DNA from: the human T2T-CHM13v2.0 reference genome, Homo sapiens
Direction: 5' to 3' (one strand)
DNA length: 64,000 nt
Assembly (NCBI RefSeq): GCF_009914755.1
Contig: NC_060926.1
Below the pieces are notes generated by a model. The model was not told where the DNA came from. It searched no databases and was given only the letters and a program-made list of their open reading frames with translations. The stretch's first letter is position 1; every line of letters begins with the position of its first letter. Below are positions 25,201 through 37,400 of the stretch, one piece after another. A program made the position numbers and the translations under genes.

Positions 25201-28200
25201 CCTCTCGAACCCTGTTTTCTGTTGTTTAAGATGTTTATCAAGACAATATGTGCACAGCTGAACATAGACCCTTATCAGGAGTTTTTTATTTTGCCCTTTG
25301 CCTTGTGATCTTTGCTTTGCCCTTTGCCTTGTGATCTTTATTGGCCTCAGAATCATGTGATCTTTGTTCTCCTTTTTGCCCTTTGAAACATGTGATCGTT
25401 GTGACCTACTCCCTGTGTGTATAACCCCTCCCCTTTTGAAGTCCTTAATAAAAACCTGCTGGTTTTGAAGCCCTGGTGGGCATCACGGACCTACCAATAT
25501 GTGATGTCATCCCCGGCGGCCCAGCTGTAAAATTCCTCTCTTTGTACTCTTTCTCTTTATTTCTCAGATCGGCCAACATTTAGGGAAAATAGAAAGAACC
25601 TACGTTGAAATACTGGGGGCAGGTTCCTCCAATACAGTCTTTTTCAGAAAAACCAGTGCTGAGAGAATTCAGCACTCCCAAGTCAGCACTACAAGAATTG
25701 CTAAAAGGAGCTCAAAATCTTGAAACAAATTCTCAAAATATACCAAAATAGAAGTTCCTTATAGTATAAACCTTACAGGACCTGTAAAACAATAACACAA
25801 TTTTTTTAAAAAAAAGGTATTCAGGCAACAACTAGCACAATGAATAGAATAGTACCTCACATCTGAATACTAAGATTGAGTATGTATAGCCTAAATGCTC
25901 CACTTAAAAGACCAAAAAAAAAAAAAATGGCACAATGGATATGAGTTCATCAACCAAGTTTCTGCTGTCTTCCAGAGACTCATCTAATGTATAAGGACTC
26001 ACATAAACTTAAGGTAAAAGGGTGGAAAAATGTATTTTATGGTAATTGAAACCAAAAACAAGCAGGAGTAGCTATTCTTATATCAGACAAAACAGACTTT
26101 AAAGCAACAGTTAAAAAAGACAAAGAGGGACATTATATTATGATAAAAGGATTAGTCCAAAAGGAATACATCACAATCCTAAATATATATGCACCTAACA
26201 CTGGAGTTCTCCAATTTATAAAAGCAATTACTACTAGACCTAAGAAATGAGATAGATGGCAACGCAATATTAATGGAGGACATCAGTGCTCCACTGACAG
26301 CACAAGACAGGTTATGAAGACAGAAAGTCAACAAAAACAATGGGCTTAAACTATACCCAAGAACAAATGGACTTAAGAGATATTTACAGAACATCCTACC
26401 CAATAATGGCAGAATATCCTGTCTGCTACTGTCTCAATAATTTTAAGAAAATCAAAATTATATCATGCACTTTCTTAGACCACAGTGGAATAAAACTTGA
26501 AATCAACTCCAAAAGGAATGCTTCAAACCATGCAAATAACCTTCCCTTGAACAATCATTGGGTCAACAATGAAATCTGATGGAAATTAAAAAGTTCTTTG
26601 AATTGAATGATAATAGTGACACACCTTTCTAAAGCTGTGGAATACAGCAAAAGCAGTGTTAAAAGGAAAGTTCATAGTATTAAATTTCTATGTCAAAAAG
26701 TCTGAAAGAGCACAAATAGGCAATCTAAGCTAAGACCTCAAGGAAATAGAGAAACAAGAACAAACCAAACCCAAATCCAGCAGAGTAAAATAAATAAAAA
26801 GATCAGAACATAACTAAAGGAAATTGAAACAAACAAGCAAAAAACAATACAAAAGATTAATGTAACAAAAAGCTGATTCTTTTGAAAAGATAAACAAAGT
26901 CGATACACCATTAGCAATATTAACCAAGAAAAGAAGAGGGAAGATCCAAATAAGCTCAATGAGAATCAAAATAGGAGATATTACAACTGATATCACAGAA
27001 ATACAAAATATCATTCAAGGCCACTATGAACACTTTATGCACACAAACTAGAAAACCTAGAGGAGATGGATAAATTATACAACCCTCCTAGATTAAACCA
27101 GGAAGAAATCGAAACCCTGAACTAACCAATAGTAAGCACTGAGATCGAAATGGTAATAAAAAAAATTGCCAACAAAAAATCCAGCTGAATTATTTCAGAC
27201 ATTGAAAGAAGAATTGGTACCAGTGCTATTGACACTATTCCAAAAGCTAAAGAGGAAATCCTCTCTAACTCACCCTATGAAGCCAGCATCACCCTAATAC
27301 CAAAACCAGGAAAGAAATAAAAAAAAAAACTGCAGACCAATATCCCTGATGAACATAGATGCAAAAATCCTCAACAAAAGTCTAGCTAACCGAATCCAAC
27401 AGCTTATCAAAAATAATAATGATAATCCACCATAACCAAATGGGCTTCATAGAAGGGATGCAGGGATGATTTAACATATGCAAGTCAATAAATGTGATAC
27501 ACCATGTAAACAAAATTAAAAATAAAAATCACATGATCATTTCAATAGATGCAGAAAAAGCATTTGACAAAATCCAGCGTCCCTTTATGATTAAAACTCT
27601 CAGCAAAATCAGCATAGAAGGGACATAACTTAAAGTAATAAAAGCCATCTATGGCAAACCCACAGCCAACATTATAATGAATGGGGAGAAGTTGAAAGCA
27701 TTCCCCCTGAGAACTGGAACAAGTCAAGGATACCAACTTTCCTCACTTCTATTCAACATGGTACTAGAAGTCCTTGCCAGAGCAATCAGAGAAAAGAAAG
27801 AAATAAAGGGCATCCAAATCAGTAAAGAGGAAGTCAAACTGTTGCTGATCACTGATGATATGATCATACATGTAGAAAACCCTAAAGACTCATGCGAGAA
27901 GTGCTTAGAACTGATATATGTATTCAGTAAAGTTTCAGGATATAAAATTAATGCACACAAATCAATAGCACTGCTATGCACCAATAACCACCAAGCTGAG
28001 TATAAAATTAAAAACTCAAACCCTTTTACAAAGCTGTGAAAAAACAAACAAAACAAACAAACAAAAAATCCTTAGGAATAAACCTAGCCAAGGAGGTGAA
28101 AGAACTCTACAATGAAAACAACAAAACACTGCTGATAGAAATCATAGACAACACAATCCAATGGAAACACGTCTCATGCTCATGGATGGGTAGAATCAAT

Positions 28201-29694
28201 ATTGTGAAAATGACCATACGGCCGAAAGCAATCTACAAATTCAATGTAATTCCCATCAAAATACCACCATCATTCATCACAGAACTAGAGAAACAATCCT
28301 AAAGTTTATATGGAGCCAAAAAAGAGCCTGCATTGCTAAAACAAGACTAAGCAAAAATAACAAATCTGGAGGCATCACATTACCCAACTTTAAACTACAG
28401 TGTAAGGCTATAGTCACCAAAACAGCATGGTATTGGTATAAAAATAGGCACATAAGCAAATGAAACAAAATAGTGAACCCAGAGATAAACCCAAATACTT
28501 ACAGCCAACTGATTTTTGACACAGCAAACAAAAACATAAAGTGGGGAAAGTACACCCTGTTCAACAAATGCTGCTGGGATAATTGGCAAGCCACATGTAG
28601 GATAGTGAAACTGTATCCTCATCTCTCACCTTATATAAAAATCAACTGAAAATGAAGGAAAGACTTAAGTGTAAGATCTTAAATCATAAAAATTCTAGAA
28701 AATAATATTGGAAAAACCCTTGTAGACATTGGCTTAGGCAAAGAATTTATTACTAAGAACCCAAAAGCAAATGAAACAAAAACAAGGATAAATAGATGGG
28801 ACTTAATTAAACTAAAAAGCTTCTGCACAACAAAAGAAATAATCAGCAGAGTTAACAGACAACCCACAGAGTGGGAGAAAATATTTGCAAACTATGCCTC
28901 TGACAAAGGACTAATATCCAGAATCTAGGGGAAATCAAACAAATCATCAAGATAAAAACAAACAATCCCATCAAAAAGTTAGCTAAGGATATGAACAGAT
29001 GCAATTCTCACAAGAGGATATGCAAATGGCCAACAAACATATGAAAAAATGCTCAACATCACTAATTATCAGGGAAATGCAAATCAAAACTACCATGTGA
29101 TGCCACCTCACTCCTGCAAGAATGGCCTTAATAAAAAAATAAAAATAATAATAGATGTTGGTGTGGATGTGTTGAAAGAGGAATGCTTTTGCACTGCTGG
29201 TGGAAATGTAAACTAGTGCAACCACTATGGAAAACAATGTGGAGATTCCTTACAGAACTAAAGTAGATCTACCACTTGATCCAGCAGTTCCACTACTGAG
29301 TATCTAAACAGAGGAAAAAAAGTGATTATACAAAAAAGATACTTGAACATGCATGTTTATAGCAGCACAATTCACAATTGCAAAAATATGGACCCAGCCC
29401 AAATGCCTGTCAATGAATAAATGGATAATGAAAATGTGTTATATATATACCATGGAATACTACTCGGTTATAAAAAGGAACAAAATAATGGCATTTGCAC
29501 CAACCTAGATGGAATTGGAGACCATTATTCTAAGTGAAGTAACTCAGTAATGGAAAACCAAACATCGTATATTTGTGGGAGCTAAGTTATGAGGATGCAA
29601 AGGTATAAGAAGATACAATGGACCTTGGGTACTCAGGGGAAAGGGTGAGAGGGAGGTGAGGAATAAAGGACTACACATTAGGTATAGCATACAC
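22208..29694 (+). mobile_element. Near full-length L1PB-lineage LINE-1, inactive (ORF1/ORF2 disrupted)
   Basis: The 5' UTR begins 'gcagataggaggcaggactaact'. ORF1 remnants include MFREMKNALESLSNKIEQVEERTAELE. ORF2 starts at ~25840, with RT remnants [14 protein letters not shown]...DDMII and [12 protein letters not shown]. There are many stops and frameshifts. Confidence 0.95.
24585..25634 (+). mobile_element. MER11 (MER11A-like) ERVK-class solo LTR inserted in L1PB ORF1
   Basis: It begins 'tgtgggaagtcagggaccccgaa...gaacataaattgtgaagattt' and ends 'cctacgttgaaatactgggggcaggttcctccaata'. A 6-bp TSD cagtct lies at 24579-24584 and 25635-25640. TATA ('tctataaa') and AATAAA are present. Confidence 0.9.
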
Positions 29695-31141
29695 AGGATA
29701 AGTATATCAAAACACTTATGTGGTATATGTTAAATATATGCAATAAAACAGTGAAAAAAGAAAAAAACATCATTATTCAAGTCAAAAAGTAGAAAATCGT
29801 CAGCACCCACAGAAGACCCCTCAGATCCCTCCCAATCACTGTACTCTGTCTTGCTTTCAAGAAAGCACTAACTATCTTACCATTATGGTCACTTTCCTGC
29901 TTTTCTTTAGAGTATGCACACCTTATTTCTGTTTCCCAATGATAGGTTATCTTTGTTATTTCATGTGGCTATATAAAGTCATTTTCAATGCTTTATTCTT
30001 ATAGTGTAGCAACATATCCCAATTTAATTATCCATTCTTCTGTTGTGGACATTTAGTTTGTTACTTTTGCTATATAAATAAGATACATGCATACATACAT
30101 TTGTGTTATGTATATACTGAGGATTGAAATCACTGAGTCATATTATATGCAAATCTTCAACTTTAGTAGATAATGTCAAACTGATTTGTAGGTTTGTGAA
30201 AATCTACACTCCCGCCAAGGGAGTATGAGAGATCTCTAATTTACTTTTTTGCCAAAACTTGGTGGTGTCAGTCTTATTCTTAATTTTAGCCACCCTGATG
30301 TGGTCATACATAGTAGTAACTGGGATTTTAATTTGCAAGTCCTTATGAGTAACGAAGTTGAGAAATTTTTCACATATTTATTGGCCCTTTTGATGCTCTC
30401 TTTTGAGTATGCCCACTCAAGTTTACTGATATCTTGGTTATTACTGGTCTTTCTTTCATATGTAAATTTCTGAATCAGATTGTCAGGTTTCACGAGAATA
30501 AACATAAGTAAATAAATATATAAATAAATAATAAAATCTCTTGAGTTTTGTATTGGGATGTAATTAAATATGTAGGTTAGTTTGGAGAGAAATTATAACT
30601 TTATAATATCTAGTCTTCCAAATCATAAACATACCATTTCATAGAGTCCTCTTAAATTTTTATCTAATTAATGTTTTATAGCTTTCTATATAAAGGTCTT
30701 AAATATTTTTTAAAAAACAATTTATTCTTAGTTGATATTTTGATGCTACAGTAAATGGTATCCTTTTATATTATTATCTAAATATGTTTTATTTTCATAT
30801 AAATAAATTTATATGAAATATAATTAAATTTCTATATTGACTATGTATTTAGCAAACTTGCTACATCATGTAGTCTAACAATTGTTTTGTAGATTAGTTT
30901 GCATCTTCCATGTACGTAAGCATGTCATATGCAAATATGACAGTTTCATTTCTTCCTTTTCAGTGCTTAAATTTTTTGTCTTATTGTTCTAGCTAAGACC
31001 CCCAGTATAATGTTGAGTAGAAATAATAAGCATGGTAATCACCTATAAATTATTGTCATCTAAAAACTTTCAACCTAACACTTTGCTATCAGTTATGTAT
31101 TATTTAGATGCTATTTGTTGGTTTTAGAAAGTTCTACTTTC

Positions 31142-31312
31142 CTCCCATCAGAGATGAAGAGAAGGAGAAGGGAGAGGATCAGGAAAAATAATTAATGGGT
31201 ACTGGTCTTGAAACCTGGGTGATGAAATAATCTGTATAGCAAATCCTCATCACACAAGTTTACCATATAACAAACCCTGCATGTGTGTATCTGAACTTAA
31301 AAGTTAAATAAA
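31142..31312 (+). mobile_element. Short 5'-truncated L1PA13/15-type 3' end
   Basis: 'gagaggatcaggaaaaataattaatgggtact...ctgaacttaaaagtt', with an imperfect TSD agaaagttctactttc / aaaacgttctacattc. Confidence 0.8.
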
Positions 31313-31520
31313 AACGTTCTACATTCTTCATTTTCTAAATTTGTATGTTTAACTATAAATAGGTTTTGAATATTATCTGTTTTATATGAATTTATTGAGA
31401 TCATCATAGATTTTTTTCCTTTTTAATACATTACATTCATTGATTTCCAAATGTTAAACCAATTTGCATTCTAAAATATACCAAATTTGTTCATGATGGA
31501 TAATCCTTTAAAAATATAAA

Positions 31521-31524
<4 letters not shown>

Positions 31525-31569
<45 letters not shown>
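31525..31569. repeat. (TG)n microsatellite
   Basis: An uninterrupted TG run of about 22 units. Confidence 0.95.
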
Positions 31570-31571
<2 letters not shown>

Positions 31572-32581
31572 TTCAAAATGTATTTAACCTTTTATTTTCT
31601 ACTTCTGGCTTTTAATTATATGTTTGTTTCCAAAATTAATCTATTTTTTTAAATGTCCTTCACCTGTTTATTACCACGGTTATATCAACAGCTTAAGATA
31701 GGTTAGAAAGTTTTCTAGGCTTTAGAAGAGTATGGGTAATATTGGTCATATTTCCATTTTAAGTGTTTAGTAGATTTTACTGCTGAAGCCAGATAGGGCT
31801 AGGGTTTTGTTCTGGAGGTTTTATATTATGAATTCAATTTATTTAATAGCTTAAATCTATCTTATTTTTCTATTTCTTCCTATTGTCAGTATTGGTACCT
31901 TCAGTCTTTCTAGAATTTTATGTGTTTCATAAAAATTGTTGAATATGCAGTATTTGCAGAAAGTTTTTTAATAATATTTCCTTTACTTTTGATCAGTCTT
32001 TATCATCCTTACCCAAATTTAACAGTTTTAGTAATCTTATCAAATAATCAACTTTTACATTTGTTGATCCTCTCTATTTTAAGATTTTATTCTGTTGTAT
32101 GAATTTTCTGCTCTTCTATTATTTCCTTCATTCTTTAATTATAATTTGATGTTATTTTCTTAAATCCTGTAAATAGATCATTGAATTTCAGTTTATCTTA
32201 TTTTCTAACATATGCATGTAGATTAAAAAGTCTCCATCTAAGTACAGCTTTAACTGCATGTCACAAGTTTTGATATATAATATTATCGTTTTTATTAAGT
32301 AAATATTTCCTAATTTTTCGCATAATTTTGTCTTGCACTAATAAATTATTAAAAAGTAGATGTCCTAATTTTTTAAAGTATAAGAGTCTCCACTTTTCTT
32401 TTTGTTTAGAAGTTTCTAGTTTAATTACACCGTGATCACTTTATCACTAGGCCAAATTTTAAAATGTTCTGTGCGTACTTGAGAAGAATGTGTATTCTGC
32501 AGCTAATAGGTATAGTTTTCTATCAAGAACTGTTATAGAAAACCTAATTACTAAGATTTCCCATCCTATTATCTTTATTGA

Positions 32582-32881
<300 letters not shown>

Positions 32882-33479
32882 TCCTTATTGATTCTTTTGT
32901 CTGCTTTTATATCACTAGCTCCAGAAGGTATAGAAAGCTCTCCACTAATGACATAAATATGTGCATTTCTCCTTGAAGTTCTAATAAATTTCACTTTAGT
33001 TTTTGAGGCTGTATTTTAAATTCTGAAAATTTAGTGCTTATATGAATTTTGGTTACTTGAACATTTTTATTTTTACAAAATACCAATTTTTATCATTAAA
33101 ATGCTTTTTGTCTTACAGTCTAATTTCTCTTATGTTAATATGGCTTTATCAGCTTTTTTGCTATTATTGTTCTTATGATAAATATTTTTTATCTTTTTAC
33201 TTTTAACATTTCCATATATATTAATATGACCTTGTAATTACTATAGAGTGCAGTTTTGATTTCTGTTAACTTTGAAAATCTTTGTCTTTTAAATATTTTA
33301 TTTAATTCATTCATATTTAATGTAAATATTGATGCATTTGGATTTTAATAAACCATACTTCTATATTTATGTTTCTTCTCTTTGTAGCTTTTTTGTTGTT
33401 TTTATTGATTTTTATTAATTTTTTATTATTCCATTTCCTTCTGTTAGTGTAAAGATTATATTCATAATTTTATTAGTTA

Positions 33480-34156
33480 TGCTGGGGCCCATAAAATGAT
33501 ATTCCAAAGTAAAGGCCTCAGAACAAGCCTCTGAAACAAAGTCTTTCTCTGACCTTCTCCTGCCCTCCTAGCTCTCACTCTTCTTTCTCCCCTGAGGCAA
33601 GCCGTAGAAACTAGAATCCATCTTTCCCCAAGGTAGTTCATAGGAACCAGAACCCCCTTCCTACAAAGCTAGCCATGAAAGTTAAAATGTGACTCTAACC
33701 TTTCAGTGATTTTCTCTCTAGGAGCCAGCCATAAAGAAGTTCTCTGACCTACCCTTGTCTGTTAGTAGGTCGTAAGACTCTCATTTCAGAGGGGTCTTAC
33801 CCTCTGCCTGGGAGAAGAAAAAATAGTGCTACACAGAGAGGCAAAAAAATAATGTGAACAGACAAGGCTTACTAGGGTTCCTCCATTCGGTCTATTAACA
33901 TTAGATAACAGCCTTTTTATCCAATCATATTTCTACCTGGTTATCCATTCATCATGGAAGCTAAGCATAAAAATGAGTAGTTTTTTCTATGTCTTCGAGT
34001 CTTCATTTTTCAAGGCTCCCATGTCATGTAAAATTTGGTTGAGCAAATCTGTTCTGCTTTTCTCTTTTTAATCTGTCTTTTTTTGCAGAGTGCTGAACGT
34101 GATGTGATTCTTTTAATGAGGAAAAAAGGTATCTCATCCCTTCCACCCTCTCCATT
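33480..34156 (+). mobile_element. ERV1 solo LTR (MER39-like)
   Basis: It begins 'tgctggggcccataaaatgatattccaaagtaaaggcctcagaa...ctctgaccttctcctgccctcct' and interrupts the L1ME. Confidence 0.65.
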
Positions 34157-34284
34157 TCCTATAAAAATTACAACATGGCTCTTTGACATATCAAAGTCTA
34201 AGACTGATATTTTTCTAAAGATAGTGCCAAGACCTTAGAATACATGAAATCCACTTGCCTTATATGCTAGTGTTGTCATGTATT

Positions 34285-34415
34285 TTAAGTGAATATATAT
34301 TCACTTAATATATATTAATTATATATAATATATAATATATTAGCTATATATAATTATATAATAATATATAATAGATATTAATTATACAAATATATTTATA
34401 TATTCACATATATAT
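34285..34415. repeat. AT-rich low-complexity tract starting with a perfect 24-bp palindrome
   Basis: TTAAGTGAATATATATTCACTTAA at 34285-34308, followed by a TA-rich expansion. Confidence 0.9.
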
Positions 34416-37400
34416 TCTTTCAACTTTTATATTAAGTTTTAAGTTCAGGAGTATATGTGCAGGATGTGCAGGTTTGTTACATAGGTAAACATGTGCCATA
34501 GTGGTTTGCTGCACAGGTCATCCCATCACGTAGGTATTAAGACCAGCATCCGTTAGCTATTTTTCCCTGATGCTCTCCCCTGCTCCCCTGACAGGCCCCA
34601 GTGTGTGTTCTCTACCATGTGTCCATGTGTTCTTATCATTCAGGCATGCAGTATTTGTTTTTCTGTTCCTGCGTTAGTTTGCTGAGGATAATGGCTCCCA
34701 GCTCCATCCACGTCCCTGTAAAGGACATGATCTTGTTCCTTTTTATGGCTGAACAGTACTCCGTGGTGTATATGTACCACATTTTCTTTATTCAGTCTAT
34801 CACTGATGGTCCTTTAGGTTGATTGCATGTCTTTGCTATTGTGAATAGTGCTGCAATGAACATATGTGTGCATGTATCCTTATAATAGAATGATTTATAT
34901 TCCTTTAGGTGTATAACCAATAATGGGATTGCTGGGTCAAATGTTATTTCTGCCTCAAGGTCTTTGAGGAATTGCCACACTGTCTTTAACAATGGTTGAA
35001 CTAATTTACACTCTCATCAATGGTATAAAAGCATTCCTTTTTCTCTTCAACCTTCCCAGCATCTATTGTTTTTTGACTTTTTAATAGTAGCCACTCTGAG
35101 TGGTGTGAGATGGTATCTCATTGTAGTTTTGATTTCCATTTTGCTAATGGTCAGTGATGTTGAGCTTTTTTTCATATGTTTGTTGGCCACATGTATATCG
35201 TTTTTTGAGAAGTATCTGTTCATGTCCTTTGCCTGCTTTTTAATGGGTTTTATTTTTTTCTTGTAAATTTGTTTAAGTTATTTGTAGACTCTAGATATTA
35301 GACCTTTGTCAGATAGATAAATTGCAAAATTTTCTCCCATTCTGTTGGTTGTCTGTTTACTCTGAGATAGTTTATTTTGCTGTGCAGGAACTCTTTAGTT
35401 TAAGTAGATCCCATTTGTCAATTTTTGCTTTTGTTGTAATTGCTTTTGGTGTTTTTTTCATGAAATCTTTGCTCATGCCTATGTCCTGAATGATATTGCC
35501 TAGAATTTCTTCTAGGGTTTTCATAGTTTTGAGTTTCACACGTAAGTCTTTAATCCATCTGGAGTTAATTTTTGTATATGGTGTAAAAAAAGATCCAGTT
35601 TCAATTTTATGCATATGACTAGCCAGCACTCCTAGAACCATTTATTAAATAGAGTCCTTTTTCCATTGCTTGTTTTTGTCAAGTTTGTTGAAGATCAGGT
35701 GGTTGTGGCTGTTTGGTCTTATTCCTGTGTTCTCCAGTCTGTGCCATTGGTCTGTCCATGTGTCTCTTCTTGTACCAGTACCATCCTGTTTTGGTTGCTG
35801 TAGCATTGTTAAAAACAGGTAGTGTGATGCCTCCAGCTTTGTTCTTTTTGCTTAGGATTGTCTTGGCTTTATGGTCTGTCTTTTGGTTCCATATGAATTT
35901 TAAACTAGTTTTTTCTAATTCTGTGAAGAATGTCATTGGTAGTTTAATGGGAATAGCATTGAATCTGTGATTCTTACTATCCATGAGCATGGATTGTTTC
36001 TCCATTTGTTTGTATCCTCTCTCATTTCTTTGAGCAGTGGTTTGTAGTTCTCCTTGAAGTGGTCCTTCACTTACCTTGTAAACTGTATTCCTAGGTATTT
36101 TATTCTTTCTGTAGCTACTGTAAATCGAAGCTCATTCATGATTTGGCTGTCTGGTTGCCTGTTGTTGGTGTATAGAAATGCTAGCAATTTTCACACATTG
36201 ATTTTGTATCCTGAGCCTTTGCTGAAGTTGTTTATCAACTTAGGAAGCTTTAAGTGTAAGAAGCTTTTGGCCTGAGACAGTGGGGTTTTTCTAGATATAG
36301 GATCACGTCATCTGCAAACAAAGATATTTGACTTCTTCTCTTCCTATTTGAATATCCTTTATTTCTTTCTCTTGCCTGAGCGGCCTGGCCAGAACTTCCA
36401 GTGTTATGTTGAATAGGAGTAATAAGAAGAGGGGATCCTTGTTTTGTGCTGGTTTTCAATGAGAATGCCTCCAGTTTTTGCCCATTCTGTATAATATTGA
36501 CCGTGGTGTGTCATACATGGCTCGTATTATTTTGAGATGTGTTCTTTCAATACCTAGTTTATTGAGAGATTTTTAACATGAAACAATGTTGAATTTTATC
36601 AAAGGGCTTTTCTGCATCTATGGAGATAGTCATGTGGTTTTTATTTTTAGTTCTGTTCACGTGATGAACATCATTTATTGATTTGGGTAGGTTCAACCAA
36701 CCTTGCATCCCAGGGATGAAGCCAACTTGATCGTGGTGGATAAGCTTTTTGATGTGCTGCAGGATTTGATTTGCCAGTATTTTGTCGAGAATTTTTTCAT
36801 TGATCTTCATCAAGGATATTGGAGTTGTTGTTGTTGTTGTTGTTGTTGTATCTCTGCCGGGTTTTGGTATCAGGATAATGCTGGCTTCATAGAATGAGTT
36901 AGGAAGGAGTCCCTCCTCTTTAATTTTTTTGTGAATAGTTTCAGTAGAAATGGTACCAGCTCATCTTTGTACCTCCAGTAGAATTCAGCCATGAATCTGT
37001 CTGATACTGGGCTTTTTTTGGTTAGTAGGCCTGCCTCAGAACTTGTGAGTGGTCTATTCAGGGATTTGATGTCTTTCTGATTTATTCTTTGGTGGGTGTA
37101 TGTGTCTGGGAGTGTATTCGTTTCTTCTAGATTTTCTAGTTTATATGCATAGAGTTATTTATAGTATTCTCTGATGGTTGGTTGTTTTTCTGTAGGGTCA
37201 GTGGGGATATCTCCCTTATCATTTCTGATTGTGTTTATTTGCTTCTTCTCTCTTTTCTTCTTTATTAGGCTAGCTAGTGTTCTATGTATTTTATTAATTT
37301 TTTCAAAAGAATAGCTCCTGGATTCATTGATTTTTTGAAGGGTTTTTTTGTGTATCTATCTCCTTCAATTCAGCTCTGATTTTGGTTATTTCTTGTGTTC

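Noticed and set aside
25840-29570. Functional L1 ORF2 (endonuclease/RT)
   Set aside because: It is broken into short frames by many stops, frameshifts and deletions. The same applies to the L1PA13 copy.
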